From positions 1 through 60,269 of the forward strand of contig CAZAUQ010000007.1 in assembly GCA_964488495.1 (NCBI GenBank): a DNA stretch of 60,269 nucleotides, written 5' to 3'. The position numbers and the translations under genes are program-made. How positions within the stretch are numbered: position 1 is the stretch's first letter; the number at the start of each line of letters is the position of its first letter. The DNA is from an uncultured Bacteroidales bacterium. Lineage in GTDB: Bacteria; Bacteroidota; Bacteroidia; Bacteroidales; UBA1402. The notes under the pieces are model-generated. The model did no database searches, had not been told where the DNA came from, and saw only the letters and a program-made list of their open reading frames with translations. This document shows, in pieces, positions 41,401-49,248 of this stretch.

Positions 41401-41536
41401 TTACATAGGGCGGTTCTATTTCGGGAAACTGGTCTATGGGCAAATTGTACAGAGCGTACAGGCCTGCCACTATGATGGCAGCAAAAACCATCAGAGTGGT
41501 AACCGGTTTATTAACGGCAGTTTTGTAGATACTCAT
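38414..41536 (-). CDS. RND efflux transporter permease (AcrB/HAE1-like)
   Basis: 1040 aa with a 12-TM architecture and two large periplasmic loops. Conserved blocks include VMTSYSGANASE and IGMVVDDAIVVLENI. Confidence 0.95.
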   Translation of the reverse strand: MSIYKTAVNKPVTTLMVFAAIIVAGLYALYNLPIDQFPEIEPPYVTVMTSYSGANASEIETNVTEVLEDAFNSVQGIKEIYSTSSDNMSVISMEFEWGTNLDEAVNDVRDAIDMYYDYLPDGTSRPSIFKLSTSMMPILMYTVTADESYNGLNKILEEQVVNPLKRIDGIGSISVTGAPKRYVYVNVDAKKMDAAGLNLEQVTNAIAVNNMNLPAGNVKMGRETYQLRVEGQFEVSEEIRNLVVGVSNDAPVFIRDIAQVNDTVKDLSLEERSNGAQAARLTITRQSGANSVAVCKKVKKELEQLETNLPTDIETHLVFDTSKFISSSISNLSSALFFALLFVVVVVLFFVGRFRATLIIALTIPISLVVAAIYLFATGSSLNIISMSSLSIAIGMVVDDAIVVLENITKHIRRGSNPREAAIYATNEVWVSVIVTTLVIVAVFMPLTMLGGMTGIMFKELGWIVTITVCTSTAAAISLTPMLSSRLLKSRDKDEKPRLYDRTIGKMLDSMDDAYERLLRKALKHKVLILLVSIVIFILSLGLFRFIGTEFMPSADQSRLSASIELQTGTRVEQTLETTSAIEQYIMNNCPEVTLLSSSTGSIDEAGFAAMMSNSGSHLINLNIRLKDIDQRDRSDIEIAEQIRTYLTTLPEVINYTVSAGGSGMGGMGGTSTVDVEILGYDIDKTNALAQDVKILCQNLEGARDITISRKDDKAELQVVLDKEKLALHGLNSATVSNFIRSRVYGATAGYFREGGEEYDIVVRLEEQYRNSITDLEQLSISTATGTMIKLSEIGEIKEFWSPPSIDRQRRERIVKVSVTPVGVSLGEMAASIQTVMNGLEIPQDVIINIGGDYEEQQESFADLGLLFLLVIVLVYLVMASQFESYSRPFVIMFSIPFAVTGAALALWITGTDLSMIAALGLVLLVGIVVKNGIVLVDFINLMRDRGLEVNEAIAVSGKSRLRPVLMTAATTILGMFPMALGIGEGSEIWSPMGITIIGGMVVSTAITMILIPVMYGLMARHGDRDKQEKTRKQFVFMNK

Positions 41537-41546
41537 CTCACTTGAA

Positions 41547-42581
41547 TTATTCGATCACTTTCAATTTAACACCATCTCTAAGCCGGGCTTGCCCCAACAC
41601 CACCAATTGATCGCCCGCTTTGATGCGGTCGGAAATCAGCTCCACTTCGTCGTCAAAGCGTCGGCCGACCTGTACAGGCACTCTTTGAGCCAGGCCGTTG
41701 CTGTGAAGGAACACAAAGCGCTCATTGGAACCCTGCAGTTTAAGCACTGCCTGCGATGGTACCAAAATGGCTTCACTCATTCCCAAATCCATATGGATGC
41801 GGACAAACATACCGGGTTTGAGCATTTCTTTGGCGTTGGGAATTTCCATTTCCACTGCAAAGGAACGACTGGCCGGATTCACAGTAGGAGCAATTAAGTT
41901 GACTTTGGCTTCAAATTGGCGGTCGGGATAGGTGTCGGAATACACTTCAGCCTTCATTCCTTTCTTAATCAGGGGATAATAGCTTTCGGGTACGTTGATG
42001 TCGGCTTTGAGCTTGTCGATTTCCATCAGCCTCAGTATAGAAGATCCGCCCGGATAAAGTTCTCCGTTTTCGAAATTGCGCAGCGCGATGATGCCGTCAA
42101 AAGGTGCTTTAATCTGGGTGTTTTTTTCCAGATAAGCGAGGTTGGTTTTTTGTACGTTCAGGTTGGCCAGCGACTGGTCGTACACCTGTTGCGAAATGGC
42201 TCCGCTTTCTTTGAGCGCTTCGTAGCGCTTATGATCTTCCTCAAAATTGGCGATTTGAATGCGTGCCTGAATCAAAGTGGTCTGATCCATCTGAATCAGC
42301 AACTGATCTTTTTTGACACGGTCGCCTACTTCGACATAGATTTTTTCGATACGGCCGGGCGATACAGGACCCAGGTTAACCTGTTCGTAAGCCCGTGTAT
42401 TGGCGGAGAATTCAAGGCTATTACCTACCATGCGTGAACTCAGGGTCAATACTTTGACGTTTTCGATCTTTTCCTGAACAGTATTTACCTGTGCCTCCTG
42501 CGATTTGGGAGCACCGGTGCAAGCATACAGCCCTGTCATAGTTATCAGGAGGACTGAAAGTACAAAAAGCGAATTTTTCAT
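41547..42581 (-). CDS. RND efflux periplasmic adaptor (membrane fusion protein) lipoprotein
   Basis: Lipobox LYAC, followed by lipoyl/hairpin/beta-barrel HlyD-like regions. Confidence 0.9.
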   Translation of the reverse strand: MKNSLFVLSVLLITMTGLYACTGAPKSQEAQVNTVQEKIENVKVLTLSSRMVGNSLEFSANTRAYEQVNLGPVSPGRIEKIYVEVGDRVKKDQLLIQMDQTTLIQARIQIANFEEDHKRYEALKESGAISQQVYDQSLANLNVQKTNLAYLEKNTQIKAPFDGIIALRNFENGELYPGGSSILRLMEIDKLKADINVPESYYPLIKKGMKAEVYSDTYPDRQFEAKVNLIAPTVNPASRSFAVEMEIPNAKEMLKPGMFVRIHMDLGMSEAILVPSQAVLKLQGSNERFVFLHSNGLAQRVPVQVGRRFDDEVELISDRIKAGDQLVVLGQARLRDGVKLKVIE

Positions 42582-42635
42582 TGTATATGTTTTTATTGTT
42601 TTGTTTTCTGTTGTTTTCTTCTTTTTTTTTCTTGA

Positions 42636-43970
42636 TTATAAAGTTCCCAGCAATTTTTTCAAAGCGTCGCGGGCGTTGAGCAGGCTCATGGCCGACTGAA
42701 TGTAATTGCTTTGGGCGGTAAGCAGGTTGTTACTTGCGTTCGTAACTTCGAGGCTGGACGATAATCCTTGTTCGAATTTTTTGGTCACGTTATCGAACAT
42801 CCGTTTGGAAACCTCTATGTTGCGTTCCTGTATTTCGTAAGATTCCAGCGCAGACTTCAGGTTGAAACGCAATTGTTTGTCCTGAATCTGTAACTGTTTT
42901 TGCATCAGCGCCAGATCTTCCTGCGCCGATTCGAAAGCCAGTTGGGCCTTTTTGAGACCGGCTGTGGTTTTGCCACCGCTAAACAGAGGCAAGCTTGCGG
43001 TGAGAACCAAGGCATTTTTGGTGGTAGGATCAAAGCCCGTTTTCAACAAGACCTCGTTGTACTGATACACGGCCGAGATGGTCGGCAAATAGCCTGCAAT
43101 GGCGGATTGCACTTGTTTCTTGTTGATTTCCAGACCGAGTTGTCCACTCTTCATATCAACGTTTTCGGCCGGATCAAAACTCGCTGCCAGCAAGGCAAAC
43201 ATGTCTTGCTTGTCGGTAACGTCCTGTAGTCCGTCGCTCAGTTCTATCTGGTCGTCAGCGTTCAGCCCCAAAAGCAGCCGCATGGAATTGTAGGCCAACT
43301 CTATAGTTCTTTCGGTTTGTTTCAGGGTGTTCTCCAGATTGGCCAGCACAATTTCAATTTCGTCGGCTTCGGTCTGTTCGCCGATGCCCACTTCAACTTT
43401 AGCCTTGGTGGCCTGTGCCAGCTTGCGCATATTCTCCACATTCTTTTTGAGCAAAAGCTGGTTATTTTCCATCATCAGAATGGAATAATAGGTGGACTTC
43501 ACGTTCTGTTTAACCGCAAGTTCCGATTGATTGCTTCCAAGTTCCGACATTTGTAGGCTGAGTTCACTCAGCTGCATGCCCAGGATGGCGTTGGCATTAA
43601 AAATCAATTGCGTAGCCTGTACAGTCATCTTACTCGAAGGATCCATGGGAATGTTTTGTCCGAAAATATCCAGCGAAGCACCCAGGTAATTGTTGTAATT
43701 CACATTCAGATTGACTTGAGGCAGGTAATTGGCAATGGCTGCCCATTTGGCGGCTTCGGCCTGACGTACTGCCAGGTTGGCCTTGATCATGGTTGTGTTG
43801 TGCACCAGGGCATGGCCGGCAGCTTCTTCGAGCGAAAAACGCCAAATCGCAGGATCAGTCTGTGTTTCTTGTCCGGCCTGAGCTCGCAGGACCTGACCAC
43901 CCAGGCACAAAAAGCAGGTCAGACAGAGCGCAAACAGTTTTATTCGTTTTAATGGAATACTGGTTTTCAT
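42636..43970 (-). CDS. TolC family outer membrane efflux protein
   Basis: Signal peptide and two OEP repeats with long coiled-coil-like segments, at the head of the RND operon. Confidence 0.9.
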   Translation of the reverse strand: MKTSIPLKRIKLFALCLTCFLCLGGQVLRAQAGQETQTDPAIWRFSLEEAAGHALVHNTTMIKANLAVRQAEAAKWAAIANYLPQVNLNVNYNNYLGASLDIFGQNIPMDPSSKMTVQATQLIFNANAILGMQLSELSLQMSELGSNQSELAVKQNVKSTYYSILMMENNQLLLKKNVENMRKLAQATKAKVEVGIGEQTEADEIEIVLANLENTLKQTERTIELAYNSMRLLLGLNADDQIELSDGLQDVTDKQDMFALLAASFDPAENVDMKSGQLGLEINKKQVQSAIAGYLPTISAVYQYNEVLLKTGFDPTTKNALVLTASLPLFSGGKTTAGLKKAQLAFESAQEDLALMQKQLQIQDKQLRFNLKSALESYEIQERNIEVSKRMFDNVTKKFEQGLSSSLEVTNASNNLLTAQSNYIQSAMSLLNARDALKKLLGTL

Positions 43971-44045
43971 TGTGTTTAATTCTTTATCTTTTAATTTTTG
44001 TTTTTGAATTCTTTGTGGATAAAAACTTTGTTTTTTTGTTTTGGA

Positions 44046-44693
44046 TTATGATTCAGTATGGTTTTCTTCGAGTTTACCAAGGGCTTGCAGGTAATAATTC
44101 AGGCCCCGCTCGTTGCACAGACTTCGTATAACTAAATCGGTAACCAGCATTATTACTTTTTGTTGTTCGTTTTTATTCAGTTTATCTCTGGAGAATTCCA
44201 TAACAGACATCAACTCCAGAGTAATTATCCTGGCGGTTAGATCAACCTCAAGTTCTTCGCGGTACAGTCCCTGTTCAATCCCTTTGAGCAGCATATTGCG
44301 GATGTAATCTGTCACTATATGTTGATGACGATCCATGTGACGATTGAATACTTCCGGATAATATTTTTGCATATCAAAAAAGAAATTCTCGAACTGGGCA
44401 TCGCGGTTCATAAAGTGAAAAACCGAAAAAAACAGCACCAGGTCTATCACCGTGGCCGATTCCGTAAGGTTGAGATTTTTGATTTTCAGTTCCATGCGTT
44501 TGGCGAAAGACTCATCGTATTCGATCAGTATATCTTCGATTAAAGCCTCTTTTTGCGAAAAGCAGGTATAGAAAGTTTTTTTGGAAATGCGCAGCTCGTT
44601 GCAGATGTCCTCTATGGACACACTGCGCAGGCCGAATTTAAAAAACAGCCTGGTCGAGGTTTTAAGAATATCGTTATGGAGTAAGTCTGCCAT
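44046..44693 (-). CDS. TetR/AcrR family transcriptional regulator
   Basis: N-terminal HTH (FFKFGLRSVSIEDICNELRISKKTFYTCF), immediately upstream of the efflux genes. Confidence 0.9.
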   Translation of the reverse strand: MADLLHNDILKTSTRLFFKFGLRSVSIEDICNELRISKKTFYTCFSQKEALIEDILIEYDESFAKRMELKIKNLNLTESATVIDLVLFFSVFHFMNRDAQFENFFFDMQKYYPEVFNRHMDRHQHIVTDYIRNMLLKGIEQGLYREELEVDLTARIITLELMSVMEFSRDKLNKNEQQKVIMLVTDLVIRSLCNERGLNYYLQALGKLEENHTES

Positions 44694-44713
44694 TTACCTA
44701 TTGAAAAACGCCG

Positions 44714-44721
44714 CAAAGATA
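44714..44721 (-). promoter_or_regulatory. -7 box (TAtcTTTG on the minus strand) for the tetR-efflux operon
   Basis: CAAAGATA on the + strand, 21 nt upstream of the tetR ATG. Confidence 0.4.
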
Positions 44722-44931
44722 AAACCAATGCTACGCCGTTGTTTTTTATATATGTTAAATATATGTAATTGACAAAAGAAAGTTTTTAATAATAAGATAT
44801 ACAGCGTTTTACAGGAAACTACGAAAACTCTAAAGTTTCCTGTTTCGGCTTATTATGTTTTCGCAACAGGGAAAAAGCATGTGGACTTAAGCCCTTCTTA
44901 AAGCTTGTGCAGTTATGGGGAACATAAAATT

Positions 44932-45375
44932 CTAAGCAATCACCCCTTGAATGATCAGCATCATTATCAGGTAGCGCAGGGTTTTTCCAATAAACATAGA
45001 TAGTAAGACGATCAGGGTATTGGCCCTCAAAAAGCCTAAAGCGATCGCTATGGCTTCGCCTGCGTAGGGCAACCAGGCAAAAAAACCCATCCAGGCGCCT
45101 TTGCCATGCAAAAAGGTAGTGTATTTATGCAAAGTTTCTTCTTTTACTTTCAGGTATTTGGTCATCCATTCAATTTTGCCCAGCCGGCCGATATAATAGC
45201 AGGTCATGCCGCCTACGGTATTACCCAGACTTGTGCTGATCAGGCAAGCCACAGGGTCGAATCCGGCCAGCATCATACTGCCGAACAAAACTTCGGAACT
45301 AAAGGGAACAATACTGCCGGCTAAAAAGGAGCCGAGGAAAAGGCCGAAAAGCCCCAGGCCTGTAAAAAAATCCAT
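44932..45375 (-). CDS. yqaA: YqaA/DedA (SNARE-associated) family membrane protein
   Basis: 147 aa, four hydrophobic segments, and motifs GSIVPFSSEV and GNTVGGMTCYYIGR. Confidence 0.75.
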   Translation of the reverse strand: MDFFTGLGLFGLFLGSFLAGSIVPFSSEVLFGSMMLAGFDPVACLISTSLGNTVGGMTCYYIGRLGKIEWMTKYLKVKEETLHKYTTFLHGKGAWMGFFAWLPYAGEAIAIALGFLRANTLIVLLSMFIGKTLRYLIMMLIIQGVIA

Positions 45376-45378
45376 ACC

Positions 45379-46092
45379 TCAAAAGGTTCCAAAAAGTGCG
45401 TACTCCTGTGTATTACAAAAAACTTTGCTGTAAATGTGCATACCCGGGCGGTTGGTCTCGATTTTTCTGTTCAATTGCAAGACCGGATGTCCGGCTTTGA
45501 CTTGAAAATATTCCTGCAGATCCTTATCGGCCCTGATGGCATAAAGATGCTGCGTACCTCCGGTAACTTCGATCTGATAAGCCGTGCGCAGCAAATCGAA
45601 CAAAGATCCGTTTTCGAGTTTGTGCATGGTAAAACGGGGCAGATTGATGTTGGGCAGCATAGTGATGTCAAAAAAGACCGGACGGCCATTAACCAGGCGC
45701 AGGCGCTCAAAATAGATACAACCGGCATCGCGTTCGTTCTGGTTGATGGCATAACCAAAAGCCTCTTTCCAGGAGCGGATCTCGGGTTTTACAATCAGAC
45801 GGGTACTCAAATTGCCACCCAAAGCCGAAGAGGTACTTTTGAGCGACAAAATGCCCACTCCTTTGGCTTTGCCTTTGACAATGCTGCCCCTTCCCTGTTG
45901 CTTCACGATAAAGCCGTCGTTAACCAGACGGTCCAGTGCGTTACGTACTGTCGACCTGGCCAGTCCGTACAAGGTGCTCAGCTCGTTTTCGGAGGGCAAC
46001 AGATCGCCTGAGGTATAGATTCCTTCTTCGATCTGACGGCGCAGCTTTTCGTACAAGGACTTGTAAAGCGGTAAACTGGTTTCTTCAAACAT
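45379..46092 (-). CDS. GntR family transcriptional regulator, HutC subfamily (UTRA effector domain)
   Basis: Winged HTH (LPSENELSTLYGLARSTVRNALDRLVNDGFIVKQQGRGSIV) plus a UTRA-like C-domain. The ATG at 46092 (MFEETSLPLYK) is preferred over 46107, but the start is uncertain. Confidence 0.88.
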   Translation of the reverse strand: MFEETSLPLYKSLYEKLRRQIEEGIYTSGDLLPSENELSTLYGLARSTVRNALDRLVNDGFIVKQQGRGSIVKGKAKGVGILSLKSTSSALGGNLSTRLIVKPEIRSWKEAFGYAINQNERDAGCIYFERLRLVNGRPVFFDITMLPNINLPRFTMHKLENGSLFDLLRTAYQIEVTGGTQHLYAIRADKDLQEYFQVKAGHPVLQLNRKIETNRPGMHIYSKVFCNTQEYALFGTF

Positions 46093-46140
46093 GGCGCAAA
46101 TATACATTATTTTTTAATACAACAAACAAATAGTAAAAAA

Positions 46141-46167
46141 TTGTACATACAAGTTTTGCCACTTGTA
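46141..46167. promoter_or_regulatory. candidate GntR operator 1
   Basis: TTGTACATACAAGT at 46141-46154 is an inverted repeat TTGTA-N2-TACAA. In addition, ACAAGT-N6-ACTTGT spans 46149-46166. Confidence 0.4.
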
Positions 46168-46230
46168 ATTCTTTAATCGTCTGATAAAAAGGATATTGAA
46201 TTTTTAATAAAATATTCTATTCAGAAAAAC

Positions 46231-46244
46231 ATGTATATACAAGT
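46231..46244. promoter_or_regulatory. candidate GntR operator 2, overlapping the E2 operon promoter
   Basis: ATGTATATACAAGT contains the perfect palindrome TGTATATACA (46232-46241), which has the GT-N4-AC form. It ends 9 nt upstream of the -7 box at 46253. Confidence 0.45.
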
Positions 46245-46252
46245 AATACTTT

Positions 46253-46260
46253 TATCTTTG
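46253..46260 (+). promoter_or_regulatory. -7 promoter box TAtcTTTG for the E2-E3-E1 operon
   Basis: Exact TAnnTTTG match 47 nt upstream of the ATG at 46307. Confidence 0.45.
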
Positions 46261-46306
46261 CCGTCCGAAACTTGGTAAATACACTATTATATATAAATCC
46301 AAAGCT

Positions 46307-47779
46307 ATGGCAGTAGTAATTATTATGCCCAAACAGGGGCAATCTGTGGAAAGTTGCATCATCTCTTCCATTAAGAAAAAAGGAGACAAAGTAGCCAAAG
46401 GTGATATTCTCTTTGCTTACGAAACCGACAAGGCTTCATTCGAAGAAGAAGCCCCTCGTGACGGTATTGTGCTGGAGTGCTGGTACAACGAAGGCGACGA
46501 AGTGCCGGTTTTGAAAAACGTAATGATTCTGGGCGATGCCGGCGAAGACTTTACAGCCTTACTGGCCGAAAACGCTCCGGCCACTGCAGCTCCGGCAGCG
46601 AGTTCAATAGGTGCTGCTTCGACAGCAGTCGGACAGACAGCTACCGAAGTCGGGTCTCCCACAAGTGCTGCCTCAGCGGGCACTTCAACTGTCACCGCTG
46701 CCAGTAGTGTGAGTACTGCGACTGCAAGTCAGCTTGCTTCAGGCGTCGCACAGACTGGAACCGGTTCAGCTTCCGGCAGCCCGGTCTTTATTTCACCCCG
46801 TGCCCGTAAACTCGCAGAAAAAGAAGCTCTCGACTTTCGTCAGCTCAACGGCAGCGGCCCCGGTGGACGTATCATCGAAAGTGATATTCAGGCTGCATTG
46901 CAAAACCGCCCCAAACTGAGCCCTCTGGCCAAAAAAACGTTGCACGAAAAGGCAGCTGCCGTACCCGAACAAGGCAGTGGCCTGGCCGGAACCGTACTGG
47001 CCTCCGATCTCAAGGCTCCGGTTAATGTGGTTTATGGAGTTGATTATCAGGATAAGAAGTTAAGCAATATGCGTAAACTCATTGCCAAATCCATGCATGC
47101 CTCCCTGCAAAACTCGGCTCAGCTTACTCACCACCTGGGAGCCGACGCCCGCCGCATGCTGGAATTGCGTCAGCAAGTGAAAAAAGCTATGGACCAGGGC
47201 AAACTCGACGTCAACATTACCCTGAACGACATGGTGTGCCTGGCTGTGATCAAAGCCCTTAAAAAATTCCCCAATGCCAACTCTCATTTTATGGGCGACA
47301 GCATGCGCTTATTTAATAAGGTACACCTGGGCCTGGCCGTCGACACCGACCGAGGTCTGATGGTGCCCGCCCTGCGCAATGCCGACGATCTGAGCATCAA
47401 AGGGCTGGCTTCGCAACTCAAGGAACTTGCCGCCGCCTGCCGCAAGGGAGCCATCGATCCTGACCTGCTCAGCCCCGAAGCCGCCAGCTTTACCGTATCC
47501 AACCTGGGCAATTACGGAGTGGAAATATTCACCCCTGTCATCAACCTGCCGCAATCGGCCATATTGGGTGTCAATACCATAGTGCCCCGTCCCAAAGACC
47601 TGGGCGGCGGTGTTTATGCCTTTGTGCCTTACATAGGCCTGAGCCTCACCTACGATCACCGGGCCCTGGACGGAGGCGAAGCCACCCGCTTCCTGAAGCA
47701 GATCGCGGTAGAAATCGAAAATCTCGAACTGGATTTGCCTAAAGATTTAAGCCTCGTTTCAGCCTACATTATCAACTAA
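46307..47779 (+). CDS. 2-oxoacid dehydrogenase complex E2 (dihydrolipoyllysine-residue acyltransferase)
   Basis: Single lipoyl domain with ETDKA, an Ala/Ser/Thr-rich linker, an E3-binding segment (ISPRARKLAEKEALD) and a catalytic domain with DHRALDG. Confidence 0.93.
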   Translation: MAVVIIMPKQGQSVESCIISSIKKKGDKVAKGDILFAYETDKASFEEEAPRDGIVLECWYNEGDEVPVLKNVMILGDAGEDFTALLAENAPATAAPAASSIGAASTAVGQTATEVGSPTSAASAGTSTVTAASSVSTATASQLASGVAQTGTGSASGSPVFISPRARKLAEKEALDFRQLNGSGPGGRIIESDIQAALQNRPKLSPLAKKTLHEKAAAVPEQGSGLAGTVLASDLKAPVNVVYGVDYQDKKLSNMRKLIAKSMHASLQNSAQLTHHLGADARRMLELRQQVKKAMDQGKLDVNITLNDMVCLAVIKALKKFPNANSHFMGDSMRLFNKVHLGLAVDTDRGLMVPALRNADDLSIKGLASQLKELAAACRKGAIDPDLLSPEAASFTVSNLGNYGVEIFTPVINLPQSAILGVNTIVPRPKDLGGGVYAFVPYIGLSLTYDHRALDGGEATRFLKQIAVEIENLELDLPKDLSLVSAYIIN

Positions 47780-47812
47780 ACAATCAATCGAAATTAATAA
47801 ACTCCAATCATT

Positions 47813-49222
47813 ATGTACGATTTAGCAATTATTGGTGGTGGCCCCGCCGGATACGTGGCCGCCGAAAGAGCCGGACATCAGGGCTTGTCGGTGCTGCTTT
47901 TCGAAAAAGCCAGCCTTGGTGGTGTATGCCTCAACGAAGGCTGTATACCCACCAAAACCCTGCTCTACAGTGCCAAGACCTACGAAAATGCGATTCACGG
48001 CGATAAGTACGGCATTACGGCCACCGGAGTCGAATTCGACTTTGGCAAAATAATGGCCCGCAAAAACAAAGTCGTCCGCAAACTGGTCGCCGGCGTCGAA
48101 GCCCAAATGCGGGCAGGTAAGGTGACTGTTGTCAAAGCCGCAGCCTATATCAAAGGCCGTTCCGACAAAGGCATCGAATTGACCGTCGCCCCGCAGGCAG
48201 GTCAGGAGGCTGCCGAAAGCTATGTTGCCTCCAATCTGCTCATTTGTACCGGATCCGAAGCCATGGTGCCGCCCATTCCCGGATTGGCCGAGGCCGGTGA
48301 AATCCTGCTCACCAACCGCGAAATACTGCAACTCAAAGAACAACCCGCCGAACTGGTTATCATCGGCGGAGGAGTTATAGGCATGGAATTTGCCAGTTTC
48401 TTCAACAGCCTGGGCAGTAAAGTAACTATTATAGAAATGCTGCCCGAGATTTTGGGCGGCCTCGATCTGGAAGTGTCGGCCATGTTACGCGACATTTACG
48501 CCAAAAATGGCATCAACTTCTACTTGCAGGCCAAAGTGGTCAAAGTACAAGGCAACGAAGTCTTCTTCGAAAAAGACGGCCAGACTCAATCAGTCAAAGG
48601 CGATAAGATTCTGCTCAGCGTTGGCCGCAGGGCCGTTACCAAAGGATACGGCCTCGAAAACCTGGGCGTAGAACTTCTGCGCAACGGTATCAAGGTGGAC
48701 GAACTTATGCGTACGAATATCCCGGGAGTTTTTGCCGCGGGCGACGTCACCGGTTTCAGCCTGCTGGCTCATACTGCCTCGCGCGAAGGCGAAGTAGTGG
48801 TCAACAATATCCTGGCTGCCCGTCAGGCAGCAGAGTCGGGCAACAAAGCCCGCTATGACCGTATGCGATACAACGCTATTCCCGGTGTCGTCTACACCAA
48901 TCCCGAAGTAGCCGGTACAGGCCTCAGCGAAGAAGCCGCCCGGGCCGCCAACATCGAGTATAAGGTAAGCAAACTCCCCATGGCCTTTGCCGGACGCTTT
49001 GTGGCCGAAAACGAAGGAGGCAGCGGTCTGTGCAAAATTATCACCGACAGCCGTAACGGCCGGGTGTTGGGCGTACACATGCTGGGCAATCCCTGCAGCG
49101 AAATCATCTGGGGAGCCTGCATGGCCATAGAGCAGGAAATGACCCTCGAAGAACTCAAACAAGTGGTCTTTCCACACCCCACCGTCAGCGAAATCATCAA
49201 AGAAGTCGCACAAAACGCATAA
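47813..49222 (+). CDS. lpdA: dihydrolipoyl dehydrogenase (E3)
   Basis: GGGPAGYVAA FAD motif, redox disulfide CLNEGCIPTK, NAD motif IIGGGVIGMEF and C-terminal HPTVSE. Confidence 0.95.
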   Translation: MYDLAIIGGGPAGYVAAERAGHQGLSVLLFEKASLGGVCLNEGCIPTKTLLYSAKTYENAIHGDKYGITATGVEFDFGKIMARKNKVVRKLVAGVEAQMRAGKVTVVKAAAYIKGRSDKGIELTVAPQAGQEAAESYVASNLLICTGSEAMVPPIPGLAEAGEILLTNREILQLKEQPAELVIIGGGVIGMEFASFFNSLGSKVTIIEMLPEILGGLDLEVSAMLRDIYAKNGINFYLQAKVVKVQGNEVFFEKDGQTQSVKGDKILLSVGRRAVTKGYGLENLGVELLRNGIKVDELMRTNIPGVFAAGDVTGFSLLAHTASREGEVVVNNILAARQAAESGNKARYDRMRYNAIPGVVYTNPEVAGTGLSEEAARAANIEYKVSKLPMAFAGRFVAENEGGSGLCKIITDSRNGRVLGVHMLGNPCSEIIWGACMAIEQEMTLEELKQVVFPHPTVSEIIKEVAQNA

Positions 49223-49248
49223 AATAAAACGTAAAAAATATTCTCATT

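Noticed and set aside
44014-44022. A perfect DnaA box (TGTGGATAA) in the tetR-tolC intergenic spacer.
   Set aside because: It is isolated and sits 28 kb from dnaA, with no neighbouring boxes or unwinding element. It is most likely chance.
44812-44842. A 9-bp-stem hairpin (CAGGAAACT / AGTTTCCTG) between yqaA and tetR.
   Set aside because: It could be a weak yqaA terminator, but no T run follows it on the minus strand and the loop is long (13 nt). The evidence is too weak to annotate.
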